DNA of 62,894 nucleotides, filler included, from Sphacelaria rigidula (lineage: Eukaryota): assembly GCA_964200075.2 (NCBI GenBank). It is 6 parts of 6 records of this genome, joined end to end, with 100 filler letters (N's around TTAATTAATTAA, not from the genome) between each part and the next. Parts side by side here need not be neighbours in the genome. Positions count along the whole stretch, not along the records: positions 41,997 to 52,395 come from CAXNAA020006573.1; positions 52,496 to 62,894 come from CAXNAA020006574.1; 4 more parts are not named here. One strand, given 5' to 3'. The notes beneath the pieces are model-generated. The model worked only from the letters and a program-made list of their open reading frames with translations, was not told the origin of the DNA and searched no databases. Shown here piece after piece: positions 50,667 through 62,894 of the stretch (position 1 is its first letter; each line of letters starts with the position of its first letter). The translations under genes and the position numbers were made by a program.

Positions 50667-51129
50667 GTGATGGTTACATGCGGTGTATTCGGGGATCAGG
50701 CTGCTGCCGTATGTTGTCAAGTGTTAAACGCAGCACGTGTGAGACAGTTCAACGATGAGAGTGTTGGTTAGTGATTCCAGCGCCATTTCTTGTCCGTGAC
50801 AACGTCAAGTGAACTTTTACTACATTCTGCCAGTTGCCCGAGGCGGTCACTCGGTACATCTTTCAATCATGAATGGCCAATCACTGCAGCAAAGAAGATT
50901 CGCGTCAATCTACGTCACATCAGCTTCTGTTATGGGCTTTGCAGCGTCCATCTCGAGGTCTTAGAAGCTTCCACTCTGAAGTTCTTTCACTTTGATCCTG
51001 AAATTAATTTGATTTTTTTCCCGGGACTCTTTTTTGTCTCCGTTGACTCTACTGGTGACTCGCCATTTTAGAAATGAAGATCGATGGCAAAAGCAGTATG
51101 TCGACGAGTTAAAGATCGAAATTGTGTCA

Positions 51130-52205
51130 ATACTTAACACCCTGGACAATACAATATGTTTCCAATATATATTAGTCGATCATATTGGAATTTTGCGATA
51201 TATTGCCGGTGTAATATATATTGGTACCCTAAGACTGCATATGTATTGCGCGCCCAGCATATATTGATGTCGTGGGACTGCATATATATTGCGCGCCCAA
51301 TATATAGTGGTTCTATTGGGTCGAATACATCTTGTCCCATCAATATATATTGGGGCAGCGTGGGCGACAGCATACTGCACGACCAATATATATATTAGGG
51401 TCGCATTGATAAGAATATGTTGAACGGTCAAAATATATTGGGTCTACGTGGGTGATAATGTATTGGCCCGTCAATATATACTGAATGTTGTGAGTACGGT
51501 GTCCGCTTTAAGAGAGATCCAGACGCGATGGATGCCGGAGCCCGTGCAGATTGGTAAAAAGATTCAAGGGGAGCCGCAGAAGTTCGCGTGCATTACTACG
51601 CAGAGTTTTCGAATGCGTTTGACATATATTCATCACACCCTGGACAAAACACTATATTTCCAATATATATAAACCGCACGGGACCCGGGGCTGCGCGCCG
51701 GGCTGCGCCCCGGTCCCGTCCGTCTTTCGAGGGTCTCGATATTCTTGCCTTGCCAAGCCCTCGTGAGAATAGATTCTCTCTCAAAATGTTCATGCCCGCC
51801 GGAGACATTGCAGGACCACCGCGATCGCGTGTCTGTTCAAATGGTCGCGAACGCATGTGTACCCCCGCACAAAGTAAAGCACGAATCCGCCAACCCCCCC
51901 TAGCATTGGCATTGGCTCGAACAGTAATCATCTCTCGGGGCAGGTGCGGAGGAACTTGCACACTAAAATCAGCACTAAAGCTCGCGGACGCCTCGTTACA
52001 AAGTATGATTGACGCTCGTGAATTCGAAATATTCTCTATATATACTATTAGTTGATCATATCGAAATTTTGCGATATATTGCCGGCGTAATATATATATA
52101 TATTGGTACCATTGGACTGCACACCTATTGAGCGCCCAATATATATATATATATATTGATGTCGTGGGACTGCATACATATTGCTCGCCCAATATAAAAA
52201 TACTA
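51130..52205. repeat. AT-rich (atatattg) repeat element with internal direct duplication and GC hairpin
   Basis: 51170-51305 is repeated at 52045-52195. caccctggacaa...tttccaatatat occurs at 51138 and 51636. GC stem-loop at 51678-51719. Confidence 0.7.
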
Positions 52206-52395
52206 GGTCTAGAAGAGGGGGGGCCCCGCCCCCACTGGGCGGGGGCAGAATCTATGGACGTTATATATGGGCGATGCAATGTGGAAGGGAAAAGAAAGGG
52301 CTGAGAACAACAGACAGAGAGATAGGGCCGTGATAGCATGTTGTACAGAGGGATAGTGCCGCATGGGTATGGGCATGTTGTAGAAGGGAAGCAAG

Positions 52396-52495
52396 NNNNN
52401 NNNNNNNNNNNNNNNNNNNNNNNNNNNNNNNNNNNNNNNTTAATTAATTAANNNNNNNNNNNNNNNNNNNNNNNNNNNNNNNNNNNNNNNNNNNN
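52396..52495. other. Artificial linker
   Basis: 44N-TTAATTAATTAA-44N. Confidence 0.98.
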
Positions 52496-53900
52496 CCCCC
52501 TTGCCCCCCCACCAACGCCTCGGGTGGCCATGTTTTACGCCTGAGAAGACGGACTTGCGAATTCGTTTACATGAGCAACTTCCACTTCATCAAATCTAGA
52601 ATATTTTTATCTTCCTTTATATATGTGTGTGAAGTTTCAATCTTTCATGACTCCTGGCAGTAGTAGCTGGATTACGACCCGTCCTCACTCACGCCCTCTT
52701 CGGTATCCTCCATGGCCGCAGCCTCACGTTTACCTCAGTCTTTGTTCATCGCGCGACCAACCTTTCCTACTGCTGTCTCAATTCCTGTGTGCTGCATGCT
52801 TGGGGGGAAGTGTGAGTGTCTTGTAAGCGTTTGCTGTGTCTCGTGCGGGCGTATTTATTGTTGGCCTGTCCGCTGGTCCGTGAGAGGTGGCGATAATTCT
52901 TTGGTATCGCGCCTTTGCAGTTCTCTGAGAAGCGCGGCGAACAAAAAAGAGAAATGGCACTGATAACGCACTGTTTTCCGGACTACGCTCGAAACTTCCC
53001 GCGTATAAAATAACCCATCGGGACACGATATTCTTGAAAAAACATGTTATTTTTCTTCACTGGCACTGGTCTCTGAAGAATCTTCCAAAACACCGGTCCC
53101 TGTGCGAGTATCCGGGTACAGCAAAGATGAGGTTCCCAGGGCTTACCTTTAGACTCTGACCAAGACTATGAAGTGTCACGTCGATGAAGATCCCACAGGT
53201 CTTACAAATGAGGTTCGATGGAGAGAAGTGGAAACTGATTCGCGGATAGTGCTGAGGCGAGATAGTCCCCAGCACACTGCACACGTGTTCATCCGGTTTT
53301 GTCGTGGGCGGCGTGCTAATGGTGGCGCACTACTTTCGTGTAGATGTCTATTGCTTTGGCGAGGTACTGCTGCTGGCCGAACATTTCGACATTTTTTGGC
53401 GCGTGTCGACCCCCTGTCGATGATTCCCCTCGTGATGGCTGCAGTCCTCCTAAGCGAGAGTCGGACTTGCTGTCAGAGGGGATCTTGCAATATATTCAAG
53501 CTGAGCAGGCGTCAGGATCCCAGATACTGACTGGGCAATCATGAATAATTTGTGGGGTCAAGTCCAGCGCCAATTTTGAATACCTGCACCAAGGTCTCGG
53601 ACATTTTGTGTACTCTGTAATCGCAAGGCATACGTTCCTGTTGAGTGCCGTCGTGCGCATTCAGTCCTCATTCTCGATGGTACCTTGTTTACCGAGATCG
53701 AGGTGAGCTATTTTCTCCAACATGTGTGATTATTGGGTAGATTTTTCACGCTAGTTTGTTTGGTGGCAAGCAAATGGTGTGTGTGTTGTATGCACATTGG
53801 GCAGGACCCACTGGGTCAGAGGGTTAGAGTCGGTGTGCGGCTTTAATAACCACGGCTTTCGTGCGTCGTTTTTTCTCCACCATTTCTCATCCGGGGCAAG

Positions 53901-56900
53901 GTTTCGTGTACTCACTGTGCCGGAGGCCGCCACGACCATGTTCTCCAACGGTGCCGCGTTGCAAGACCTTGACGACGCCGATAACAAGTACGCCTTCCAG
54001 TGGAGCCTTATGCAGTGAGTATCAATCTACACTACTTTTGACAATCACGGTTTGGACAGGCAACGTACCATAGCTTCACTGTGCATATTTGCATGTGCTG
54101 TGCAGACTTGTACTTGCCGCCGCGCTCCGGTGGTCCCATGGTCAATAATCAATAGCCAATAGTCCGACTGTCACCACGAGGGTGGGGAAAGCATAGGCTC
54201 GTTTCCTGCCAGATGCGTTGGATTTTGTCCTCGAAGTATTTGATGTTCACTCTTGACGCGTCGAAAGCGGGTGGGTGTACGTGACTAGAAACAAATCATG
54301 GACGGACTTTGTCTAACGAGAGTTGATGCGGTTCGGCAATGCTGGCCCAATCCGGGAGATCAAAATGCAAGGCGTATACCGGGGAGAGGTGTGTTGATCA
54401 ATCCTTGAGACCACGCACTTCTCCCGAGGAATGGGAGTTTTCAAAGTGTGACAGGAAAAAAAAACGGGGCACATGTCCCGAGCGAAGACTTCGAGACGAA
54501 GCACGAAAAACGATAACATTTCCAAACCGTCTGCCATCACTTTACCATTCAAGCGGCAAGAAAGCTTCTTGATTTTCCATAATACAGTAGTATATCCTCA
54601 CCTTCTCTCTCGTAACTACTTCTGCTACCGGTACTGTATTCGTAGGTGGAACGGACAGCTATCGAATAGTGGATACTGTAGTGCGAGCACTTAGACTGCG
54701 TCACTGTGTTACCTCCTCTCTTGTTGGAGGAAGAGCACCGGTGCATTGCCTGTCAAGAAATGATGTATGTCTTTTCATTTAGTAGTCAACGTTCAAGAGC
54801 ATCGAAGCGTCGTGATAGTGGCAGCCTATCATGCGGACTGTTAGAAACAGAATAGTCGGTGTGATTGGTTGCGGTTCAACTTGTTGTAACCGTCAGAGTG
54901 ATGGTACTTTAGATCTGTAGGTGGTCACCTCCTTGTTCTCTCTTCTCTCCACGTTCTCGGGAACATCAATACAAGCTCCGTACTTTGTGTTTACGTCCTT
55001 CTCCCGATCAGCTTGGCAGCTGTGGCGCCTGCCCCTGCGACACGTTCAGGGTACTACACACAGTTTAATCCTAACATTGCCGATTGCACGGACGCCTGTA
55101 TCCTGACCGACACCGAAGCGCCGCTGATTGGGGCTCAATGCAATGTGCTGCGCGTGTACGTGTGTTAGACTTCAGCTGCAACTGGAGGACTCGTTCGAGC
55201 GTATTGCTCGCGTGTTTGGGCAACCGTCCATACTACTTTGCGACCGCGGGCTGATGGATGGATCTGTGTACATGCCTCATCAAGAGTGGGATCGATTGGT
55301 GAGGAAACTATTAATACCCCATCACCCTTTTTTCTGCTGCACCAATGTGGTCAGTGCCAGGGGAAAATAGTGTGAGGCTGACGCGGCTGTCAGTTCTTGT
55401 AATTCGAAGAAGAAGGCTGTTGTCGGAGTGGGAGTAGACAAACACCAAGTCGTTGAATCTCATTTCTCGATGTTCTAACCTCGCCCTTGTCCCGAACGTT
55501 TTGATGAGCTGCTACCTGGTGCTAAATGTAGGCACTGTGCCCGCTGATCCGCTTAAGGTGCACGCTAACGGCATGAACGAGCTGACACTTCGCGATGAAC
55601 GTTACGACGGCATATTTCATCTTGTCACTGCCGCGATCGGGGCGGAAGAACACTACTCCCTAGAAAACAACGAGGCGCGCAGCGAGCCCATCGATCTCGC
55701 GAAAGAGGTGAAATTGAGCGATATTGACTCGTGGCTGCACTTGGTTCGTTAGCTGCAATGGTATGCATCATGTGGAGGTGCCATCTCGAGCTATGTTCGC
55801 GAGGCGTACATCTCAGTTTGAAGGTTTCGACATGTGTGCGTTCACATTATGTCAACTGATTTTACCAAATGTTCGGAAAGAACGGTTGTTAATTGACTTT
55901 GGAATGGACGGTGATATTTGGATCTTTAGAGGGGCTGCCAGTCCCAAGTGCTCCGAGCTCACCCATACCTCTTTCTTGTCCAAATCGGCGCCGTAGGCGT
56001 CAATTCGAGGTCCTCCAACGCACCCTTTGCTCAGGGCCCACTCTGCACACCCCGCGCCCGAGGGTTCTCTGATGCCTTGGTCGGGGTTAAGGTTAGGGTT
56101 AATGTTGAAGTTGGTGGCACCTGACTAATAGTACCAACCATAGTTTCCTATCATTAGGTAAACAACCCTGTATTACGAAGTGTTCATGAGCCGTTTTTTT
56201 AACCTGCAGTTCGCTTTTTACGTAGTCACTTCGAGTATCAACGCATTATGATAGCTTTTTTCACTCAGCTGACGCGGAAGCAGCAAGCACACACCCCGGC
56301 TACGTTTGGATTACGTGTACGCATCAGGTGGATACTAACACGGAGCTGGCATGGCTTGGACACCCGCGACACATGCTGTTCGACAACTCCACGCCCTTCG
56401 ACACTAAGATCCAGAGAGTAACTCGTGCTGTTTCGCGACTTGTTGGCTTGCCGTGCTCTCCTCGGAGAGCCAGCAAGTTTTTACTCGCGCAACCCCCGCC
56501 ACCCGTAGCCGAATTTCCGGTGAAAACTATGGTGTTCGAGGCTGAGAAGGCGAGGACTCTGTGATGTTCATGTTGCAGGGAGGGGAGGGGGGGAAGGTGC
56601 GATGATATCTTGCCGCATGCATTCTGATGCTTGAAGATAGTACGCTGTCGTTGAAGTTATGATGGTATTTCAAGTAGCCGGAAATGAACGTTGTAGCGTG
56701 CCGTGTCTGGTCATGGCATCGGTGAAGAGCTGTCGTGCCGCCAGAGTGTGCTATTTCCTAAACCTGGATCTTGTTTTTGGCGATGCTTTGGTGATTTGGC
56801 AGGTGTTTCTCAGGAGACGAGGAGTGGAAGACGGGGAAGAAGAAAGCCACGGCGAAGAATCTGTGGATGCCAGTGTTCGAGTTTCGAGCGAGTCCTTCCT

Positions 56901-58281
56901 GGAAAAGAGAGGAAGACACGGTGTGATGTTACGTGGCATCACTTTGGCCTTTGCCGATGAATAGTACTAGTGTTGACGTGGTCTGGTGTCATTTTTTCAA
57001 CATCGATGCTAACGCTGCCACCTGGTACTCGCTCGGCACCAGACCTGGGGAAGTTCAGCTTAACTATTACCGTCAACATGTTTGCGTCCCCTCTTGCTTT
57101 TTGTTTCGTCGCCTCCTCTTCTTTATCTCAAAGCCTGGTCCGGCGAGAACCCGGCGTGCTCCGTCCCGGCTTTGTAGGGGCGGACCCCCGATGGGGTTGG
57201 CGTCGCTTGGCGACGACGCTGACGCCGCTCACTGCGTAAGCTAGGCAACCAGGTTACCGGGTTTTTTTTACGGTAACCATGATGGTAGTCGAGCTAGATC
57301 ATGTTATGCGGCGTGGGAGAACCTCAACTCCGCACAATAAGGATGGTCATACTATGTGCTATTTGAATGGTGAGACACCCACGAGGCAGTGTATAAACCG
57401 TGGCTGTTTCTGGAAGTGGCAACACCAGAAAACAAAGCAACTGATTGTAGGATATCATCCAAATACAAGATGATTAGTAGGCTTCGGGCCGAACAATCTC
57501 AGCAGGACACACCACGGCGCTTCGCGCTTGGTAATTGAGTGCGAGCCTGGTCCGGCGAAAAACTTGGCGTGCTCCGTCCCGGCTTTGTAGGGATGCGAAG
57601 TCAATGGTCTGATGACTGTGGTATGCATGACCATGAGTACACCCCTCCCCCCTCTTCTTTCTCTCTACATTAAACTGACAGGCCTGTTCGTGTACACGAT
57701 AATGACCTTCGCGACCTACGACGACGGATCTGTCTGTGAGGTAAAGCGCCCGCTTTCGGCCGGGCAACACGAGAGATTGAAAATGGACAGGGCAGATCCC
57801 TCGAGACCAAAAGTTTGCCAGAGGAGAGTGGCGTTCATTTGGGAAAGACAGATGTTTGAGTTGCATACTGACGTGGAACCGGCGTACGGTGTGAGCGTTC
57901 TTCACCGCCAATCGGAGGTGAGGAGTGACCACAAACGACTGCAACAGACGTGATCCCCACCTCCTCTCGCAATGATCTTCGGATGCCATCGGTTTTGGCA
58001 AGAGTCTATGTTTGACATGTTGACATCCGTAATACCTTCTGCTCCCAGCCAGCCGAGCATGGTGCGATGATAGTCGGCCCGGTGGTACACTCCGACGGTA
58101 AGTGCGGTCGCCTTTCAAGCTTCTCAGGGCTTCGGTCCAATTTGTTCGCTCGTCTATGCCCCGCTGAGATGTGCAATGCTTCGCTGTCTGCAACTCGGAT
58201 GTCTCTGCTTGCTCTCTTGCCCCTCGGTTGGGACAGGGCGGGGAGCTTTCTTTGCCACCGTTCCTGTGCGTCGAAGACTAA
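53901..58281 (+). CDS. ttd14: TTD14-like protein (NadR/Ttd14 AAA_28 P-loop domain + CYTH-like domain); 5'-partial
   Basis: Exons 53901-54014, 55169-55298, 55558-55707, 56328-56549, 56803-56920, 57682-57917, 58237-58281 (TAA), all phase-compatible. Family motifs: FRVLTVPEAAT, LLCDRGLMDGSVY, RYDGIFHLVTAAIGAEEHY...NNEARSE, AWLGHP...DNS, ADPSR...RRVAFIW, LPPFL. The Walker A exon was not found in the segment. Confidence 0.88.
57224..57655. repeat. Dispersed intronic repeat, copy of 116-590
   Basis: See 116-590. Its ~48-bp block gcctggtccggcga...ggctttgtaggg (57545-57592) is also duplicated just upstream at 57132-57180. Confidence 0.85.
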
Positions 58282-58851
58282 GGATCTACGATCGAACAGT
58301 GGCCTACTATCGACCACTCAGCGTCCAAACATGGAGGAAAATGAGCGGCGTACAACTGTGTGTTGGGTACTGTTTTTAGTCTGGCCGGAGGTCAGCGTCG
58401 TTGAAGGTACTGTAGCCTTTTTCCAGCGGAGAACGCTGTAGTCGGTGTGTCGGTTGGACCTACCATACTGAGTGCGAGAAAGCAGCTATATAGGCGAGAC
58501 ATGGCGTTGGAATCCTGGTTGACAGGAAGTTCAACTCCGAGAAGACAGGGGCTTTTCTGTGCGCTGAGCACGTTGATGAGGCATTGGTTTTCACATAGTG
58601 TTCCTCATGTCCATGCCATTGGCCAACAAGAACACGGCCAGATATATTTCGAATTACCTCGTTGTTCCCCCATACTACCACAAACTTGGCCTTCTACTGT
58701 GGAGGGCACGGTATCTTCCAACCGAAAAGGTAAAAAAAAACTGCAACCACAATGAAATACAACCCTAGACAAGAAAAAGACATCTAGCAACGTGTTCAGG
58801 CCGGCCTGGATCCTCTATTTGTACGAGCTTCATAGGTTGTGCGATTTGTTG

Positions 58852-60847
58852 TCATTTTCCAATGGACAAATCGGCATCCAAATTTGTTACGGCTTTTCCC
58901 GCCTGTTGCCTGATCCGGTCGTTGTCGGATTGGCACAGCGTCAGTAGGGTTTCCATTCCTCCCATGTCCACAATCCGCCTCTTGTTTGCAGCTGTTGTGA
59001 ATTCGAGGACACGTTTTTGGATGGAAGCGTGAGGAACTTGTGATGAGGAAATCACGAAAATTGAACACGCGGCAAGTTTTCATAGCAAATGAGGACAAAA
59101 GAGGACAAGTGTGCCGCGAAAACATCACGAACTTCACGCTCGATTTGAATAAAGTCTCTAGGTACAACCCCGACGCCAGCAGAGTTTCTTGAAGAAACTC
59201 TTGACGGCGAACACAGGAGAAGACTGTTCCCTCTTCCTCATTTCCTCGAAGCAAGGACGACGAAGTCATGTTTCCTCTTGTGATGTGGTTGATGCATTTT
59301 CCACAATCATTCACACTGTTGTGGGCCATGAAGGCAGTCAGTCTAGCAATGCTACGGTCACTCACGATTTACAGACAAATTGCGCAAAGCTCTGGCACAC
59401 TGTGACTGCAGCTCCATGTTGGCGTTTTTTGCTCCCGTCAGTATCGGTCCCAGCCCTCCCTCTCTCACTATTTGAACTTCGCTTTCGTCTGCAACAGGCG
59501 GAAGTGGAGTGTCGAGCCATTCAATGATAGAGGCGGTGGAAGGATGTTGCAGCATCGTCCCCGCCGTGCCGTTGTCCGCTACTATATTTGTCTAAGTCAG
59601 GGTCGTGATTGTGTCGTGGAACAAGCTTGCACAAGGTCAGACGGAAGAACGAACTGTTGTCTCAGAGAACATGCCGTATATTTCTCCTTCTCCACGACGA
59701 GCACCAGTGAAAACGCCTTTTATTCTTGCCCCGATTTTATAAAGAAAACATGGCGATATTGACTCTCTATCTTTGAAAGACTGTCACCGAGGGCGAATAT
59801 TTTGGATCATCAGGATTTGTCACCCGGCCGAAAATTAGCGAGGCTATGTTTACTCGATGGTCGTCTCCCTGCTGAACATCTGGCGTGTACATCTGGGGCA
59901 GCCGTAATATGCCTTCGAACAAAGGCCTCCAGGTTGTGGAAGCCGCCGTTCCAGTGGGATACAGAGTATCTGACTAAATTTGTGCGGGGAATTGCAAGGG
60001 GAAAAGAGCCCTTGGCATTAGCACGAATGTGGCCTTGTAATACTTGGCAGTTGATATACTATTGCACGTGGGAAGTGAAGAGTGCATGGTCTGTAGCTCA
60101 CCGTTGACGGCTAAGTTGGCGAGAGCGGCGACGGCTTCGATCGAAATGCTGGTACTTCTGCAACCCGCGAGCTTTACCAAAGGGGGCACCCCTCCAGCCT
60201 TGCAGATCAAGTCCTTGTTATTCATGTTTACTCCCAGGTTCGCGAGTGCCTTTGAACTTTGCCGCTGTAGGTGGGGGTGCGGAGAATCGAGCATGGACAC
60301 CAGTACTTCGATCGCACCCTCGGCCGCCATGAGTTCTTGGTTTGCGGCTGGAGACACACGCGCGCGGGGAAGACTGTTTCCGGTATGATTTCAGAACTGC
60401 AACATGATGATGTGACTTCGTCGACAACCTGCGCCTGGAAGACTTGACCTCCACCTTTTTGAACTTGGGGCTGGACTCTCAGCCGCAACTACATCTATAT
60501 TCCGGAAATAGGGACGCGAGGGTCGTGAGAAAGGAGATAATTCTATGTGCTTCGGCGTTTCATTGATGACCAATGTTGTGCAACGGTATCGACGTAAAAA
60601 ATACGTGGTGCCATCCCTTCGGTCCTGATGTACGGAAAGCCATGCGATGTATCCTGTGGCGCACTTACGGTCAACGGACAAGTTAGCCAGGGCATGGACG
60701 GCCAGTCGCTGTACCTCCACGTCTTTGGATCGCGTCAAGGGCAACAATAGCTGCAAGCCGCCCAGCGCCACAATTTGCACCTGTCGGCTTGCTGCAACGA
60801 ACATACAAGGCAGTATGGACGATAGGTGGGTCAGCGGTACTCTCTGT

Positions 60848-60921
<74 letters not shown>

Positions 60922-62157
60922 TGTTTGTGTGTGTTTGCGTGTGTGCTGTCATGCCACCTATTCTGGACGCCAGTAGACGCCTTTGGGCATATTTGGGCGC
61001 ATCAGGCCGGGTCACACAGGAGGAAGGTCGACACCGGAGTCTTTTTCTTGTTCTTTTTTTCTCGCATTGTACCTTCGATATGCGGTACATGCCGTCCTTT
61101 TTATCGGGTGATGCAGGGGGCTACGGGGGTAATTTACCGGACACGGAGCCTCCCCCCCCCTCCCGGAGGACATTTTCCCGGAAATTGTCATAATTTTTTG
61201 TTGCTGTTGAATACTGTCAAGAAATTGATTAATAAACACTGACAAGAACCGAAAAGTCTGGTGGGCTCTGCGGGGTTCGTATATTTGCTTCTGCTCTTTG
61301 CCCGCTCTGTCCCGATGACCTCAGATGCCGGTCACGCTCACACACATGTATGTACACAAGCGTACGGTAGCGACGACCTGTAGCTTAAGTAGCAACAATA
61401 TCTCACGCCTCGCGAAACTTGCCCGAACTACTGGTAAGTAGTACTCGAGGCGTACGACGGGGAACATGATCCCATAAATGGAATCATGGTGAGTGATAAG
61501 CTTGGGGAAGGTAGCGTGTCCGCATCATGCAACTTACAATTTTGGTCCGTCTTCCACCTGCCAACGCTAAACACCCCCTTCGATCATATAACCAATGTAC
61601 TATCACCGCCAGATACTCCAGAAATATGTTCGGCAACGTTGTCCACGAACGGAAGTGCTGAGGTGTCGCACCCCGACTAATGTACACAAGTCTTGTTACT
61701 CACGTTTGACGGCCTCATTTGCGAGTTTTTCAGCCACCTGTCTCTGCAGGTCTGGATCGGCGCTTTTGGCGTAGGCAATTAGACGTGTCAAGTTTGACCT
61801 CAGCGCGTCTGTAAGTGCGTCATCTGAGTGTCAGGGATGTATGCAGCGACGACAAGCGAAAGCAAATGTGGTAGATCGAGATTACAGTACAGTAGACTAC
61901 TCTTCGGACTCATGTTACGACGCACGTAACATCTACATCGTCGTGTCCTGTATTACCCCGCACGGTGGATCCGCTGTGGATCAAATTTTGGATACATACA
62001 TACTTCTTCTGTTATTGCACCACATGAAATGTTTTTCGTCTCTATTCTTGCACGTATTTTGAGAGAGGCGTGGCACGGATGAAGATAACGTGCACCTACC
62101 GTCCTCCTCTATTTCCAGGTGGTCATGTGCGCCCCTCTTAGACTCTCCAGTTCCCAT
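58852..62157 (-). CDS. Armadillo-repeat protein (Vac8-like), 264 aa, N-myristoylation motif; complete
   Basis: Minus-strand exons 62157-62100, 61808-61704, 60791-60669, 60347-60102, 59488-59366, 58991-58852 total 795 nt, with all introns GT-AG phase 1. Starts MGTGESK. ARM repeats include IVALGGLQLLLPLTRSKDVEVQRLAVHALANLSV and ICKAGGVPPLVKLA...EAVAALANLAVN. Confidence 0.92.
60850..61120 (-). mobile_element. 5'-truncated SINE with expanded (TG)n/(CA)n tail
   Basis: (TG)n at ~60850-60945 is joined directly to the SINE body (ctggacgc...ggccgggtcacacaggaggaagg). It lies in an intron of the ARM gene. Confidence 0.8.
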
Positions 62158-62894
62158 ATCAGCAGTTGCAAGAAGCTGTGAGTTCAGTTGTTACGGACTT
62201 GTTCTGTTGGGTGATGATGAGGAATTGATGCGGGTAGTGGCGATCGTCAGGCTACGGGTTCACACCTCCTTACACCTCTGCAGCTTCGAGTATATCCCGG
62301 CATGCAGGGATACGATATTAACTCAAGTTTCGGTGTCGATGTCACAAGACGCGGCACTATCTTATAGAGTAGAGAACACAAACCGAATGAGCAGTGGCAG
62401 AGTGCGGAACACTGTGTCGTCGATGGATGGACCTATGCGATGGATGATAACTCGATCGCAACGCCGCAATCGTCTCTCGGGTACCTCGTGTCATTATCCA
62501 TGAGCTTCCTCCTATCAAAATAGAGACTCGAGAGAGAGATTGATGTTGATTTTTGGCCAGCTATAGCTCTTGTTGTATCGAAGTTGGCATTTTTCTCGGT
62601 GGTCAAATAGTCCCAATCTGGGGTCTACAAACCCTAGCGTGGTTACGTGGTTGCTATAATAGTACGCGAATCTCAATGGCGCAATGTACAGTATACCTAG
62701 ATACTCGTATACGATATCCATCCGCAGTCCTTTTTTAGACGTATCCGTCCTTTCAGCGGACGCACCTGAGCAAGGTGACCGTGTTACCAGAATTTCATAA
62801 TAATTTCAGCACCCCCCCCCCCCCCCACCCCCCCCCCCCCCCCCCCCCAAACTACAGCCCACCAGGGCAGCGAGACCAGCGTGAAGTCACTGGG

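Noticed and set aside
51596..52339. 247-aa minus-strand ORF
   Set aside because: It spans AT-rich repeat and hairpin sequence, with no protein-like features.
56083..56102. Telomere-like ggttaaggttagggtt
   Set aside because: Only 2-3 imperfect units inside an intron.
60647..61242. Cys-Val and His-Thr repeat ORFs
   Set aside because: These are translations of the (TG)n microsatellite.

Overview
Eukaryotic, intron-rich DNA. The gene content and style (72-nt LRR exon, ROCO gene, RRL/RNL-motif secreted protein) point to a brown alga (Phaeophyceae); this is inference. The window is not one locus. It is six segments of exactly 10,399 bp (1-10399, 10500-20898, 20999-31397, 31498-41896, 41997-52395, 52496-62894) joined by artificial 100-nt linkers (44N-TTAATTAATTAA-44N), so adjacency across linkers means nothing. 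Manual splicing recovers six genes or gene parts. (1) A 5'-partial 10-exon tyrosinase with fungal MelB-type signatures, including a C-terminal CxxC. (2) A 6-exon secreted protein with an Arg/Lys/Gly-rich exon and a long Thr-Pro-Ala-Pro repeat carrying one frameshift. (3) The C-terminal four exons of a ROCO (Roc-COR) protein. (4) On another segment, a 72-nt LRR exon plus the Roc P-loop exon of a ROCO gene. (5) A 5'-partial TTD14-like AAA/CYTH gene with a probable GC-AG intron. (6) A complete 264-aa Vac8-like ARM-repeat gene with an N-myristoylation motif. The rest is rich in repeats: foldback elements, TTAA (piggyBac-type) MITEs, tRNA-derived SINEs, minisatellites and decayed ORFs. No CRISPR, rRNA or intact tRNA gene is supported. 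Most ORFs in the six-frame track are spurious.
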